Made by a program: the position numbers and the translations under genes
From: Dehalococcoidia bacterium
Lineage (GTDB): Bacteria > Chloroflexota > Dehalococcoidia > DSTF01 > JACRBR01
Direction: 5' to 3'
DNA: 64,000 nt
NCBI GenBank assembly: GCA_021731085.1
Contig: JAKFYB010000001.1
Span: 101,266-165,265, forward strand
Shown here: positions 28,551 through 37,419 of the stretch, piece by piece
Layout of the letters: every line of letters starts with the position of its first letter
Position numbering within the stretch: the first letter of the stretch is position 1
Notes under the pieces: model-generated
What the model was told of the DNA's origin: nothing
What the model saw: only the letters and a program-made list of their open reading frames with translations
Databases searched by the model: none

Positions 28551-28721
28551 ATGCCCGTTCCTCTGTTGAACTTCTTCGGCGGACTCGCGGACTACATCGA
28601 CAGTCTGTTCAACTGGCCGCCCACACCGCAGTCGGACCAGGGCGAGCTGATCTGGGTGGGCGCGACGATGGCGCTCTCGCTGGGCTTGATGGTTGTGCTC
28701 GGCCGTTGGTGGCAGAGGTAG
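28551..28721 (+). CDS. Small single-TM membrane protein, possible accessory subunit of the bc complex
   Basis: 56-aa ORF absent from the track (below the 60-aa cutoff). GAGGTG RBS 5 nt upstream and a C-terminal hydrophobic helix, directly ahead of cytochrome b. Confidence 0.3.
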   Translation: MPVPLLNFFGGLADYIDSLFNWPPTPQSDQGELIWVGATMALSLGLMVVLGRWWQR

Positions 28722-28739
28722 TCGAGGGAGGCAGGCCAG

Positions 28740-29495
28740 ATGGCGCGCACGGAACAGCCGAGGGGACCAGGGTTCGGCGACTTCCTGTACGACAAACTGT
28801 TTCATAACTATATCTGGCGGTCGATCTTCCGCTCCGGCTACCCCAACACCCCCCGCAACCAAATGCTGGCCGTCGCGACCAGCGTGTTCCTTCACCTCCA
28901 CCCGACGCGCATCCACAAGACGCACGTCAAGATTACGCACACCTACTGCCTCGGCGGGCTGAGCTTCTTCATGTTCCTGGGGCTCACCGTCACCGGCGTC
29001 ATGCTGATGTTCTACTACGTGCCGTCTGTCGACCGCGCGTACACCGACATCGCAGCGCTCGAAACGAACGTGCGCTTCGGCATGCTAATCCGCAACCTGC
29101 ACCGCTGGATGGCGCACGCGATGGTCATCACAGTGTTGCTGCACATGATGCGCGTCTTCTACATGGGCGCCTACAAGCCGCCGCGCGAGTTCAACTGGGT
29201 CGTTGGCGTCATCCTGCTCGTGCTCACGCTGCTGCTGTCATTCACGGGCTACTTGTTGCCTTGGGACCAGCTCGCGCTCTGGGCTATCACCGTCGGAAGC
29301 AACATTGCCGGCGCCGCTCCGACGCTCGGCGCGCAGACGCGCATTGTCATGCTTGGTGGCATTGAGGTCGGCCCCGGGACGCTGATCCGCTTCTACACAC
29401 TGCACGTCATCGCGCTGCCGCTGCTGGCCGCGATCTTCATGTCGGTCCACTTCTGGCGCATCCGCCGCGATGGCGGACTCGCGCGACCCCTGTAG
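28740..29495 (+). CDS. Cytochrome b6-type subunit (cytochrome b N-terminal domain) of a bc complex
   Basis: Four-helix cytochrome b core with conserved heme-ligand His positions ([11 protein letters not shown]..., [10 protein letters not shown]). Confidence 0.85.
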   Translation: MARTEQPRGPGFGDFLYDKLFHNYIWRSIFRSGYPNTPRNQMLAVATSVFLHLHPTRIHKTHVKITHTYCLGGLSFFMFLGLTVTGVMLMFYYVPSVDRAYTDIAALETNVRFGMLIRNLHRWMAHAMVITVLLHMMRVFYMGAYKPPREFNWVVGVILLVLTLLLSFTGYLLPWDQLALWAITVGSNIAGAAPTLGAQTRIVMLGGIEVGPGTLIRFYTLHVIALPLLAAIFMSVHFWRIRRDGGLARPL

Positions 29496-29519
29496 GCAAC
29501 CGGGAAAGGAAGAGGGCAC

Positions 29520-30677
29520 ATGGCCATCATCACCCGCACCCCACAGGGCTCGAAAGAGACCGTCCGCCAGAAGCGCGAGCGCGATCAGGAGCTGCTCGTC
29601 TGGCCAGACCTGGTATTCGTCGAGTTCATCTGCGCGCTGCTGTTCACCATCACGTTCGTGGTGCTGTCGGTTCTCGTCGACGCGCCGCTTCTGAACAAGG
29701 CAAACCCGAACATCACGCCGAACCCCTCGAAAGCGCCGTGGTATCTCCTGAACCTGCAGGAATTGCTGCTGCACATGGAGGCCGGTCTCGCCGGCGTCGT
29801 CGTGCCGACCATCGCGCTCGTCGTGCTCATCGCCATGCCATACATCGACCGCAGCAACGAAGGTCAAGGTGTGTGGTTCGGCACAAAGAACGCCGTCCGC
29901 ATCACGCTCTTCGCGTTCACGTTTGCTTCCCTCTACATCACAGCCTGCATCCTCTGGGATGATGGCGCTCATGTGAGAGTCTACGAACAGGCATCCGTCA
30001 CCTTCGGGTTTAGAGAAGAGGGTGACGAGTGGACATGGCCGGGTGAAATAAATCCGTTCCGCGAAGACGATCCCGACGACGGAGCGTTGTCCTTCCTGAA
30101 CCCTGCCGAAGGCGCGCTGCTTCCGATCTGGGACTTCATCTTCTTCGAGAACCGCGTTGCCATCCGGGAGACGTGGACGTGGAGTATGCCTGTACCCATT
30201 CAGCCCGGTGATGGCGACCACGACGGCCGGCTGGACTGGCCGCAAGACTTCGCGAACGTTCCGATTCCACTGAACGGCACTTGGATTATCACGTTCGACG
30301 AGCCGGAGTGGATGCCAGGCTGGATGCAGCGCCTGTACTGGTACGACCGGCACCTCGATGTTCCGGAGATTATGGCCATCTATGTGCTGCCGTTGACAGC
30401 GATCATCGCTGGCATCGTGATCATGCTCGTGACCCTCTTCAAGCTGGGTTGGGCGACGACGGTGCGCGACGCGTTCATCGCGATGTTCACCGGCTTCATG
30501 CTGACCTATCTTGCGCTGACCCTGATCGGCGCCGCCTTCCGTGGCAAGGGCCAGGAGTTGGTGCCGCCGACTCACGTCCCGAATCTCGAAGAATTCCCGA
30601 ACATTTCGCGCGAGGTCGAACCGCCATCGCAGTACGCACTCTTGGATGCGCAAGTTAGCGCGCGGGTAGAGGTCTAA
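29520..30677 (+). CDS. Cytochrome b C-terminal domain (subunit IV-like), unusually extended to 385 aa
   Basis: PEWY-region equivalent (KAPWYLLNLQE) and subunit-IV-like TM helices. A ~130-aa Trp/acidic-rich soluble insertion and extra C-terminal TM helices follow. Confidence 0.7.
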   Translation: MAIITRTPQGSKETVRQKRERDQELLVWPDLVFVEFICALLFTITFVVLSVLVDAPLLNKANPNITPNPSKAPWYLLNLQELLLHMEAGLAGVVVPTIALVVLIAMPYIDRSNEGQGVWFGTKNAVRITLFAFTFASLYITACILWDDGAHVRVYEQASVTFGFREEGDEWTWPGEINPFREDDPDDGALSFLNPAEGALLPIWDFIFFENRVAIRETWTWSMPVPIQPGDGDHDGRLDWPQDFANVPIPLNGTWIITFDEPEWMPGWMQRLYWYDRHLDVPEIMAIYVLPLTAIIAGIVIMLVTLFKLGWATTVRDAFIAMFTGFMLTYLALTLIGAAFRGKGQELVPPTHVPNLEEFPNISREVEPPSQYALLDAQVSARVEV

Positions 30678-30683
30678 GGCACG

Positions 30684-31406
30684 ATGGCTGACGAAGAAAC
30701 ACCAAAGGAAGAAGCGGCGTCAGAGCCTGCACCGAAGCCGGCGAAAGAAGCGGCGCCGAAGGCCGAGAAGGCCGTCGTTGCCGCATCGGATGCGGGACAG
30801 GTCGTCGCCGCGGGCGCTGGTCCGCCGGCCATTGTCGTCGTCCAGCCGCCACCGACGGGATTCACGGCGCCGGAGGTCACGCGTAGGCGTGTGCTTGCGA
30901 TTGGTTTCTGGGCGGGGCTGCTGGGTGTTCTCGGCGCGATTGGTGCGACGTTCCTCAACTTCTTCTACCCACGCGGACTAACGGGCTTCGGTACCGCCAT
31001 TGCCGTCGGCTCGCTCGATCAGCTGGCGCCGGGCGGCTTCATTCGAAGCCTGGAGGCGAAAGCATGGGTGATGCGCGTTGGCCCGCAGCAGGCGCCGCGC
31101 GAAGGCGCCCCTGACGGCTCGATCATCGCGCTGTACCACGTCTGCCCCCATCTCGGCTGCACCGTTCCCTGGCGGCCAGAGTTCCCATTCTCGGACCCAC
31201 GCAACGGCGGAGAAGTCTATACCGGCTGGTTCCGCTGCCCGTGCCACGGCTCCACGTACAGTTTTACCGGCGTGCGCGTCTTCGGTCCCGCACCGCGTTC
31301 GATGGACGTATTCGAGGTGACGATCGAAGACGGCGCGATTATCGTGAACACGGGCGCCATCACGAAGGGCACCACAGACAATCCTTCTTTGGCGATCGAG
31401 CCCTAG
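30684..31406 (+). CDS. Rieske [2Fe-2S] iron-sulfur protein
   Basis: CPHLGC and CPCHGS Rieske boxes, a TM anchor, and an Ala/Lys/Glu/Pro-rich low-complexity N-terminus. Confidence 0.85.
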   Translation: MADEETPKEEAASEPAPKPAKEAAPKAEKAVVAASDAGQVVAAGAGPPAIVVVQPPPTGFTAPEVTRRRVLAIGFWAGLLGVLGAIGATFLNFFYPRGLTGFGTAIAVGSLDQLAPGGFIRSLEAKAWVMRVGPQQAPREGAPDGSIIALYHVCPHLGCTVPWRPEFPFSDPRNGGEVYTGWFRCPCHGSTYSFTGVRVFGPAPRSMDVFEVTIEDGAIIVNTGAITKGTTDNPSLAIEP

Positions 31407-31430
31407 CAGCGACGGGGCGATGAGGAACGA

Positions 31431-32654
31431 ATGAACACCAGCAAGCAGATCATGATCATCGTGTCGCTGCTGTTCCTGTCGCTCATCGCGACTGGCGCCT
31501 ACACGATGTGGGATCCCAATCGCGCGGAGGAAGCGAAGGAGCGCCAGATCGAAACGGCCGTCTGGCGTGGTGCATTCCTCTTCTCGCAGAACTGCATCGC
31601 CTGTCACGGGGACGCTGGTGAAGGTGGCCAGCGCAGCAACCGCCTTCGCGAAGCGCCTCCCCTCAACCGGCCCGACCTCCAGGGGCGCGAAACCGAGGGT
31701 GGTGAAGTCAGCGAGCCCGCGAAGGATGCGGCGTTTGATACCGTCTTCAACACCATCAATTGCGGCCGCGTCGGCAAGGCGATGCCGACGTGGGGACTCG
31801 ATCATGGTGGCGTCCTCAACGCCGAGCAGATACGCCAGCTCACTCTTCTCATCACGGAAGGCACCGGCTGGGAGGACTCAGAACACTTCGCCATCGAAGG
31901 CTTCCCGGAAGGCGATGTCCACGGCTACGGCGAAGTGCCGTTCGAGCTCGAGGAGCCGATCGCCGAAGCCGACACGGAGATCGCCCTGAGCGACGTGTCG
32001 ACGCTGGCAGTTGGCGAGCGCCTGCAGTTCGCGGAGGAGCTGGCACTCATCACGGCCGTCGATCCTGAAGCGAACACGGTCACGGTCGAGCGCGGCCTGG
32101 GCACAACCGCTGCTGCCGATCACCCGCTCGACGTCGATCTGCTCAAGCCGCCCGTTCCGCCGGACCCGCCGCCGGTGACCGGCGCCGCGTGTGGTCAGTT
32201 CCCGCAGGAAGTCGCGACGGCCGTGCCAGACCCGCCCGGAGTTGACCTGACCATCACGTCCTCAGGCCTCGCGTGGAACAAGACTGAGCTGTATGCACTG
32301 CCTGACGTGCCGCTGACGCTCACGCATCAGAACGAGGACGCCGGCCAGCAGCACAACTGGGCCCTGTACGGGACGGAAGAGGGCGCGATCACAGGCGAAG
32401 GCCTCATTGCCGCCACCGAGATCGAAGTAGGACCGGGCGAGCAGTTCCTGAACTTCGGACCTCTGGCTGTCGGCGAGTACTACTACCAGTGCGACGTCCA
32501 CCCGCAGATGAACGGCTTCGTGATCGTCGCGCCGCCGAGCGCCGATGCTCCCGCTGCTGTACCGCCCGCGACGGATGGTGAGGCGACGGCCGTTCCCGAT
32601 GGTGCTGCGCCGCCTGCGGAAGAGGCGCCTGCGGAGGAAGCTACTGCGCCTTGA
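31431..32654 (+). CDS. Membrane-anchored mono-heme cytochrome c fused to a C-terminal cupredoxin (type-1 copper) domain
   Basis: N-terminal TM helix and CIACHGD (CxxCH) motif. The C-terminal domain has the HNWALYG and GEYYYQCDVHPQMNGFVIV blue-copper ligand pattern (His...Cys-x2-His-x2-Met). Confidence 0.7.
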   Translation: MNTSKQIMIIVSLLFLSLIATGAYTMWDPNRAEEAKERQIETAVWRGAFLFSQNCIACHGDAGEGGQRSNRLREAPPLNRPDLQGRETEGGEVSEPAKDAAFDTVFNTINCGRVGKAMPTWGLDHGGVLNAEQIRQLTLLITEGTGWEDSEHFAIEGFPEGDVHGYGEVPFELEEPIAEADTEIALSDVSTLAVGERLQFAEELALITAVDPEANTVTVERGLGTTAAADHPLDVDLLKPPVPPDPPPVTGAACGQFPQEVATAVPDPPGVDLTITSSGLAWNKTELYALPDVPLTLTHQNEDAGQQHNWALYGTEEGAITGEGLIAATEIEVGPGEQFLNFGPLAVGEYYYQCDVHPQMNGFVIVAPPSADAPAAVPPATDGEATAVPDGAAPPAEEAPAEEATAP

Positions 32655-32755
32655 CGCAGTGCATGGGCCGAATCTAGACTCTCACTCGCAGGACGCGTTT
32701 TGGATACGCGTCCTGCCTGTTTGAACGAAAACACACTCAGCGGAGGTCGACGACT

Positions 32756-33043
32756 ATGGGCGCACAGGTAGGCAAGCGGTACATCGCGGCAAGTGGCGCC
32801 GAGCTCATCGTCACGAAGGGCGGCGACGGCGCGCTGCAGGACGGCGACACGCCGCTGAACATCAAGGAAGACGGCCCGCCTGCATCCGGAAGCGACGCTG
32901 GCGAGGTGCAACTCGGCAAGCGCTACTCGTCGGCGGATGGCGCTGTCGAGGTGCTGTGCATCAAGCCGGGAAAAATCGAACTCAAGTACGAGGGCGCGGC
33001 GATGGAACTTCAGGCGCCGAAGGTGCTTCCGAGCGCTGACTAG
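32756..33043 (+). CDS. Hypothetical small protein with internal duplication
   Basis: 95 aa; VGKRYIAASGAEL is echoed by LGKRYSSADGAVEV. Confidence 0.3.
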   Translation: MGAQVGKRYIAASGAELIVTKGGDGALQDGDTPLNIKEDGPPASGSDAGEVQLGKRYSSADGAVEVLCIKPGKIELKYEGAAMELQAPKVLPSAD

Positions 33044-33123
33044 GCCCACGGATAATGTGGAAAGGGAAAACGCTCGCCCAAAAGGCGAGCGTTTTTCTTT
33101 GCCTACGGCCCTGAGCTTTTGCG

Positions 33124-33537
33124 CTACTTCGCCCGCATGCGGTTGTTCTTCGCATTGTGCTCCACCTCTGCCAGCCCCAGCGCCTCCAGCACAGGCGGCA
33201 CGTACATCCCGAAGCGCCCGCGCAAGCCCTTCTTGATTCCGTACCAGCCCTTCACGGGGTTCTTCTCCGACCGCCCCCATGCTTCGACGGTGCCCTCGGC
33301 CGCCGCCTTCTGCTCGTCCGCGCTGCCCAGCGGCATCCAGTCGCCGTGCTTCTTCAGCATCGCCTGCAGGTCGTCGATCGCGCGCAAGTGGTAGCGCAGC
33401 TGCGTCTTCCCGACCTGCACGACGAGCGCGGGCGGATCCGTTGCTTCATCCCGATGCGCTTCGTACGCCGATGTACCCGGCGGCGTGGTCAGCTGCCAAG
33501 GCGATTCCTTCGTCCCTTTTCCTTTGACGCTCGCCAT
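33124..33537 (-). CDS. Hypothetical protein
   Basis: ORF with reasonable codon usage; start assumed at MASVKGK. Confidence 0.3.
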   Translation of the reverse strand: MASVKGKGTKESPWQLTTPPGTSAYEAHRDEATDPPALVVQVGKTQLRYHLRAIDDLQAMLKKHGDWMPLGSADEQKAAAEGTVEAWGRSEKNPVKGWYGIKKGLRGRFGMYVPPVLEALGLAEVEHNAKNNRMRAK

Positions 33538-33629
33538 CGTGCCTCCCGACCGCAAGTTGGGCGGGCGCTCTGGCCCGTCGCAGAAGTGACTTCCGAATAT
33601 ATAGTGACCGGTCGCTTGCCGCCAAGTCC

Positions 33630-33657
33630 GAGCGCGGGCTTTCAGCCCGCGTCGCCG
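33630..33657. repeat. REP-like GC hairpin (GAGCGCGGGCTTTCAGCCCGCGTCGCCG)
   Basis: ~28 bp after the ABC ATPase stop on the minus strand; near-identical over ~30 nt to the copy at 56550. Confidence 0.65.
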
Positions 33658-33684
33658 TGCGAGATCGATTCGTAGCTTGGCAAT

Positions 33685-34551
33685 CTACGTAGCCGCGTGC
33701 GGCGACTCCACGTCGCCTGTCGTCGGCTCTGGGTGTTCGGCGAGCGCTTCCTGCTCTGGCGTTGCACCTTTGTGGCGGCGCGCGTACGGCATCGCGATCG
33801 TCTTGCCGGGCTGTTTCGGGTGTTCCCGGCTCGCGACCTCCACGCCGAAGACGTCACGCAGCAGTTCGGGCGTGAGCACTTCGTCCGTGGGTCCGCTGCC
33901 GACGATGCGCCCGGCGCCCATCGCCAGCACGCGGTGGGCGTACAGCGCCGCCAGCCACAGCTCGTGCATCGATAGTACGACAGTTACGCCATGCTCCTTC
34001 AGCTCCGACAGCAGATCCATGAGCTCGAACTGGTGCGCGAGGTCCAGGAAGGCCGTCGGCTCGTCGAGCAGCAACACATCCGGCCGCTGGGCGAGCGCCA
34101 TCGTCAGCCACGCGCGCCGCATCTCGCCCTGCGAGAGTTGCCGCAGTGGCCGCGCGCGAAACCCGGCCATGTTCATCGCGCCGAGCGCCCACTCGACCGC
34201 GTGCGTGTCCTCGGCAGCGTTGCGCGAGAGCAGCGACTGGTGAGGGTAGCGCCCTCGATATGCCAGCTCTTCCACCGTCAGGTCTGGGAGCCCGTCGCCG
34301 CCCTGGCCGAGAAACGCCAGTCTCTTCGCGACGGCACGGTTCGGTAGCTGGTGCAGCACTTCGCCGTCGAGCAGCACGACGCCGGTGGTTGGCTTGAGAA
34401 TGCGCGATAACACGCGTAGCAGCGTCGACTTTCCGGCGCCGTTCGGCCCGATCAGCGCCGTGATACGACGCTCCTCTATGACGAGATCGACATCCTCGAT
34501 GTGAAAGCCGTGGCCGTATCCGGCGGATAGCGCGCGTGCCTCGAGCCTCAT
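33685..34551 (-). CDS. ABC transporter ATP-binding protein (iron-siderophore/cobalamin FepC/FecE type)
   Basis: Walker A GPNGAGKST, LSQGE signature and Walker B LLLDEP, plus a ~40-aa C-terminal extension. Confidence 0.85.
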   Translation of the reverse strand: MRLEARALSAGYGHGFHIEDVDLVIEERRITALIGPNGAGKSTLLRVLSRILKPTTGVVLLDGEVLHQLPNRAVAKRLAFLGQGGDGLPDLTVEELAYRGRYPHQSLLSRNAAEDTHAVEWALGAMNMAGFRARPLRQLSQGEMRRAWLTMALAQRPDVLLLDEPTAFLDLAHQFELMDLLSELKEHGVTVVLSMHELWLAALYAHRVLAMGAGRIVGSGPTDEVLTPELLRDVFGVEVASREHPKQPGKTIAMPYARRHKGATPEQEALAEHPEPTTGDVESPHAAT

Positions 34552-35570
34552 GTCTTCGCCCTGACCAGATACAACAGGAACGGCGCGCCCACGACGGCCG
34601 TCACGATCCCGAGCGGGATCTCCGATGGCGCGACGATTACGCGCGCAAAGAGATCGGCATAGACAACGAGCGACGCACCAAGCAGCGCTGACAACGGGAT
34701 CAGCTTGCGGTGATCATCGCCGATGAACGTGCGGCAGATGTGTGGGATCACGAGACCGACGAACGCGACCATACCCGCGGCCGCAACCGACGCACCGGCC
34801 AGCAGCGCCGCCGTCGCGACGGCGAACACGCGCGTGCGCTCGACGCTCAGCCCCAATGACTGCGCTGGTTCATCGCCCAGGGCGAGGATGTTCATGTTGC
34901 GCGCGAGCAGCATGGCTGCCGTGATTCCCACGACCGCGTACGGCCATGTCACCTGTAGGTCGTCCCAGCCGCGCCCGAACAATCCGCCCGCGAGCCACGA
35001 GAGTGCACTCTGGGTACTGAGGTTCGACGTCACAAGCATCGCGTTGATGCCCGCAGTCAGCAGCGCCGCGACGGCGACGCCGGAGAGCGCGAGCCGCACC
35101 GGAGACACGCCCCCGCGCCACGACATGCCATATACAAGCGCCGCCGCAAGGAACGTGCCAAGAAACGCGATCGGCGTCAGCCACGCTGGTCCGATGTCGG
35201 CCGAGATTTTGATCGCGATGCTCACCGCAAGCGCACCGCCGGCCGTAATGCCGAGCACGGTCGGGTCGGCGAGCGGGTTGCGTGTGACGCCCTGCAGCAG
35301 CGCTCCCGCCACCGCAAGACTGGCGCCGACGACGACGGCCAGCAGCACGCGCGGCAGGCGGATCTCCCAGACGACGACGCGGTCGAGCGTCGTTCCGTTG
35401 TCGAGCAGGCCATCGATCACTTGCAACGGGGAGAGGGTCGTCGCACCGAATGACAGCGCCGCGAACACGGCCAGCACTAAGAGCAGCACCGCGAAGCCCC
35501 ACACCGCCACCTCGCGCCCGGAGTTCGAGCGCGAAGGCGTAGCGGTTGGAGTAGTGGCGTGTTGCTGCAT
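34548..35570 (-). CDS. FecCD-family ABC permease
   Basis: Nine or ten TM helices with the FecCD conserved region; overlaps the neighbouring genes. Confidence 0.85.
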   Translation of the reverse strand: MQQHATTPTATPSRSNSGREVAVWGFAVLLLVLAVFAALSFGATTLSPLQVIDGLLDNGTTLDRVVVWEIRLPRVLLAVVVGASLAVAGALLQGVTRNPLADPTVLGITAGGALAVSIAIKISADIGPAWLTPIAFLGTFLAAALVYGMSWRGGVSPVRLALSGVAVAALLTAGINAMLVTSNLSTQSALSWLAGGLFGRGWDDLQVTWPYAVVGITAAMLLARNMNILALGDEPAQSLGLSVERTRVFAVATAALLAGASVAAAGMVAFVGLVIPHICRTFIGDDHRKLIPLSALLGASLVVYADLFARVIVAPSEIPLGIVTAVVGAPFLLYLVRAKT

Positions 35571-36604
35571 CAGTTGAAGATGTCCGGGTAGAGAAGCTTC
35601 GTCAGGATGTCGAGGCCTTCGCCCGCGCGCGGCCCCGGCGCTTGCAGGAAGATCGCGGCGTCGATCTCACTCACGCGTTCGTTGGTGACCGCGGGCACGC
35701 TCGCCCACGCGGGATCGGCCGCCAGCGACTGACTGATCGTCTCGCCCGGTGCCGCCGTGATCGCCAGCACGACTTCAGGCGCCTCGCCGATGATCGTCTC
35801 CAGACTGAGCTTCGCGTAGCCGGGGAACGGCGCGTTGCTCGGCTGTCCCGCAGCAACATTGTCCGCGCCCGCAAGCCGCGCGAGGTCGCCCACGTACGAC
35901 TCCGGCAGCGCGACGAAGAAGTCAGTCGGCGTGCCGTTGAGGATGACGACCTTCGCCTTCTCCGCAGGCAGCTTGCTCTCGATATCCGCGAGCTGCGCCT
36001 CAAGTGCTGCAGCCTGCGTCTCGCCTTCGCCCGTGTTCAGCGCCTGGCCGATGAGCCGATATGCCGTCAGTACGTCCTCGAAGTTCTCTGCGCCGATGTA
36101 GAGCACCGGTATGCCGAGCGCCTCGAGCTGTCCAGCAAGCTGCACCTGCAGCACGCTGTCCGCGACGATGAGGTCGGGCGACGCGCCTGCCAGCAACTCA
36201 ACGTTCGGTTGGTACGCGGAGCCGATGTCCGTCGCCGAGAGCGCTTCCTCCGGGAAGTCCACGGACGCCGTGCGCGTCAGGCTCGTCTCGCCGACGGCGT
36301 ACACGAACTCGACCGTCGTCGGGCTGATGGCGGCGATCGCGGCCGGTTCGGCGTCGATCTTCACGCTGCGGCCAGCCATGTCGGTCACCGTCAGCGGATA
36401 CGTCGTCTCCTCGTCTGCGGCTGCCGTCGGTGAGGTCGATGCGCCCGTCGTCGCTTCGGCGGTCGCGACCGGGGTTGTGTCGTCCGCCGTATCGTCGTCG
36501 TCGCTACATGCTGCTGCCGAGATCAACAGGGCAGGCAGTGCAGCGGCGACGAGCAGGCGCTTCCAGGTCAGGGATGTCCTCATTCGGGTGATGCTCCTCC
36601 ACAT
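35570..36604 (-). CDS. ABC substrate-binding lipoprotein (class III, siderophore/cobalamin-binding)
   Basis: Lipobox LLISAAACSDD and PBP-fold length. Operon with the permease and ATPase. Confidence 0.75.
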   Translation of the reverse strand: MWRSITRMRTSLTWKRLLVAAALPALLISAAACSDDDDTADDTTPVATAEATTGASTSPTAAADEETTYPLTVTDMAGRSVKIDAEPAAIAAISPTTVEFVYAVGETSLTRTASVDFPEEALSATDIGSAYQPNVELLAGASPDLIVADSVLQVQLAGQLEALGIPVLYIGAENFEDVLTAYRLIGQALNTGEGETQAAALEAQLADIESKLPAEKAKVVILNGTPTDFFVALPESYVGDLARLAGADNVAAGQPSNAPFPGYAKLSLETIIGEAPEVVLAITAAPGETISQSLAADPAWASVPAVTNERVSEIDAAIFLQAPGPRAGEGLDILTKLLYPDIFN

Positions 36605-36784
36605 AATGAAGGCGAGGTTAAGCCTCGCCCCGCGTCACGTATGCCAACGCTTCGAGCGTATCTGCGGGCGGTCGCCTCCGGAATAGACAACGGTCCCAAA
36701 TCTGCGCAAATCTGTGCGAACGACGCGCAACCATGCCGATCGGGAGATTCGCCGCCACCCCAGAACCCAGGCGACCGCGCCTGT

Positions 36785-36814
36785 TTGACAGCTTCGTTAT
36801 GCCAGCCGTATACT
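36785..36814 (+). promoter_or_regulatory. Strong sigma70-type promoter (TTGACA-18-TATACT)
   Basis: Perfect -35, 18-nt spacer and a 5/6 -10 hexamer. It would drive a ~260-nt leader ending at the terminator at 37050-37077. Confidence 0.5.
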
Positions 36815-36819
36815 CTCGC

Positions 36820-37080
36820 CACATACAGGCGCAGACGCGCAGCAGTAGGTCTGGAAACAGCCACTAGCGAGCCGGTGATGGTGCAAGACCGGCGGCACGA
36901 CCAGATCGAACTCAGCGCCGAGCTGCCGGGGTGAATGTGGCACAGTCGTCCTCGGCTGTGAGACCTAGCCCCGACCGGGTCGCGACCGTTATCACGCTCC
37001 GAGAGTCCTTCCATGGAAGGAAAGAAGGGTGGCACCGCGGGCCTTCAACCCCGTCCCTTTATGAGGACGGGTTTTTTGTT
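36820..37080 (+). promoter_or_regulatory. Candidate T-box riboswitch leader (specifier-loop candidate GAA-CUC-A, Leu) upstream of ilvBNC-leuACD
   Basis: Exact T-box consensus AGGGUGGCACCGCG at 37026-37039, immediately before a canonical intrinsic terminator whose 5' arm (CCCU) can pair with the T-box AGGG in an antiterminator. Stem-I-like helix GGUCUGG/CCAGAUC, distal hairpin 36871-36892. No credible ORF in the interval. Confidence 0.5.
37050..37077 (+). terminator. Rho-independent terminator (CCCGTCC-ctttatga-GGACGGG + TTTTTTGTT)
   Basis: 7-bp GC-rich stem, 8-nt loop and a U6 tract, on the plus strand only. Confidence 0.7.
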
Positions 37081-37419
37081 AGCCTTCGGACTACGTGAAT
37101 GGCCCCGCTAAGGCGGAGGCAAAGGGATGTCGAAGCGGCATGGCCGATTCGATACTGAACAAGATGACGAACATCAACGCTTCTCCAACGGAGGTCACCC
37201 CGGTCGCAGCGGCCAGCCTACGGGCAATCCCCTGCGACCGCGACGTACTCCTTCCTCTTCTGCCGGTAGTGGGCGGGCTCCTTCCGCTCGTACTGCTTGG
37301 CCTCGCCCTGTAAACGTCCCCTCGGCTTGAACATTGATAGCGCGGGCGGGACGGTAAATTCCCACACAGCGAGACGCACGAGCCGCACGGATGAAGGCTC
37401 GGACGCAGGAGAAGCGAAC

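Noticed and set aside
36640-36900. Cobalamin riboswitch controlling the adjacent FecCD/BtuF-type ABC importer
   Set aside because: A B12-box-like string (AAGACCGGCGG) and GCCACUA occur, but on the plus strand, in the wrong 5'-3' order relative to a GGUGAAxUCC-like element, and pointing toward ilvB rather than the transporter. The same region is better explained by the T-box-like leader.
36820-37080. SRP RNA, 6S RNA or RNase P RNA in the promoter-to-terminator interval
   Set aside because: The GGAAGGAA stretch superficially resembles SRP domain IV, but the flanking conserved positions do not fit. No RNase P P4 (AGGAAAGUCCGGGCUC) or tmRNA termini are present.
37095-37313. Leu/Val/Pro-rich small ORF as a classical ilvB leader peptide (attenuation)
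   Set aside because: The ORF is 49-72 aa, far longer than known leader peptides. It lies downstream of, not upstream of, the only convincing terminator, and no terminator with a U tract follows it. It is kept only as a curiosity inside the T-box finding.
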